Source: Sarcophilus harrisii
Taxonomy: Eukaryota
Direction of reading: 5' to 3'
DNA: 64,000 nt
NCBI GenBank assembly: GCA_048593225.1
Contig: CM109176.1
Coordinates: 477,371,429-477,435,428 of the forward strand
In this document: positions 63,701 to 64,000 of the stretch, piece by piece
Position numbering within the stretch: position 1 is the first letter of the stretch
Layout: each line of letters opens with the position of its first letter
Program-made: the position numbers and the translations under genes
Notes under the pieces: model-generated
What the model was told of the DNA's origin: nothing
The model's input: only the letters and a program-made list of their open reading frames with translations
The model's database searches: none

Positions 63701-64000
63701 CAATGTTTTCTATTACCATATATGCTTTTGTAAAATGTAAATTTATTGTTACATATTTTGAATCTTTATATTCTGCTGTGCACATGACAATGTTTTTTCT
63801 CTTTTTTGCTTTTCTATTTTCTATTTGTTTTTAAAGATTAAAAAATTAAAATTAAAAATATTTAAAAGAATAATAATATGTATAAAATACTTTAAGGTTT
63901 CCAAAGCATTTTGTAAGTTATCTCATTTAAGATACTGGTTTCTTGATGCCCTTAAAGACATCAACAAATTCTAAAAAGTAATGAATAGCAGCAACTCTTT

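Noticed and set aside
60600-64000. A head-to-head neighbour gene with coding exon 1 sharing the MPHOSPH8 CpG island.
   Set aside because: No plus-strand ORF in this interval has a plausible start, a splice donor or any recognisable protein similarity. In eutherians, as far as I remember, the flanking gene lies tail to tail at the other end of MPHOSPH8. Divergent non-coding transcription remains possible and is kept as a low-interest finding.

Overview
This window is vertebrate nuclear DNA, not prokaryotic. It is AT-rich and full of introns, microsatellites, tRNA-derived SINEs of the marsupial type, MIR elements and LINE-1 fragments, so it most likely comes from a marsupial such as an opossum. 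Essentially the whole window is one protein-coding gene on the minus strand: a complete ortholog of MPHOSPH8 (M-phase phosphoprotein 8, MPP8, the chromodomain plus ankyrin-repeat subunit of the HUSH silencing complex). I reconstructed all 14 coding exons by reading the minus strand against what I remember of the human protein: start codon at 60576, stop at 3705-3703, spliced CDS of 2571 nt, giving 856 aa where human has 860 aa. The junction residues line up with the eutherian protein at every splice site. Exon 1 lies in a ~1.2 kb CpG island (about 59990-61260) that carries three CCAAT motifs and several GC boxes. Introns are 2-11 kb and contain antisense L1 fragments, SINEs and simple repeats. 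I found no second protein-coding gene and nothing resembling a defence island, operon, CRISPR array or other novel multi-gene system. The most unusual structure is a ~110 bp inverted-repeat pair (about 23744-23855 and 24301-24412) around a ~450 bp core of short direct repeats, which looks like a MITE or a long hairpin inside intron 9. Other items worth a look are a ~200 bp polypurine (GA) tract, a (GT)n(CG)n Z-DNA-type microsatellite, a 2 x 92 bp tandem duplication, and a few weak splice sites in the gene model. Repeat and promoter coordinates are approximate.
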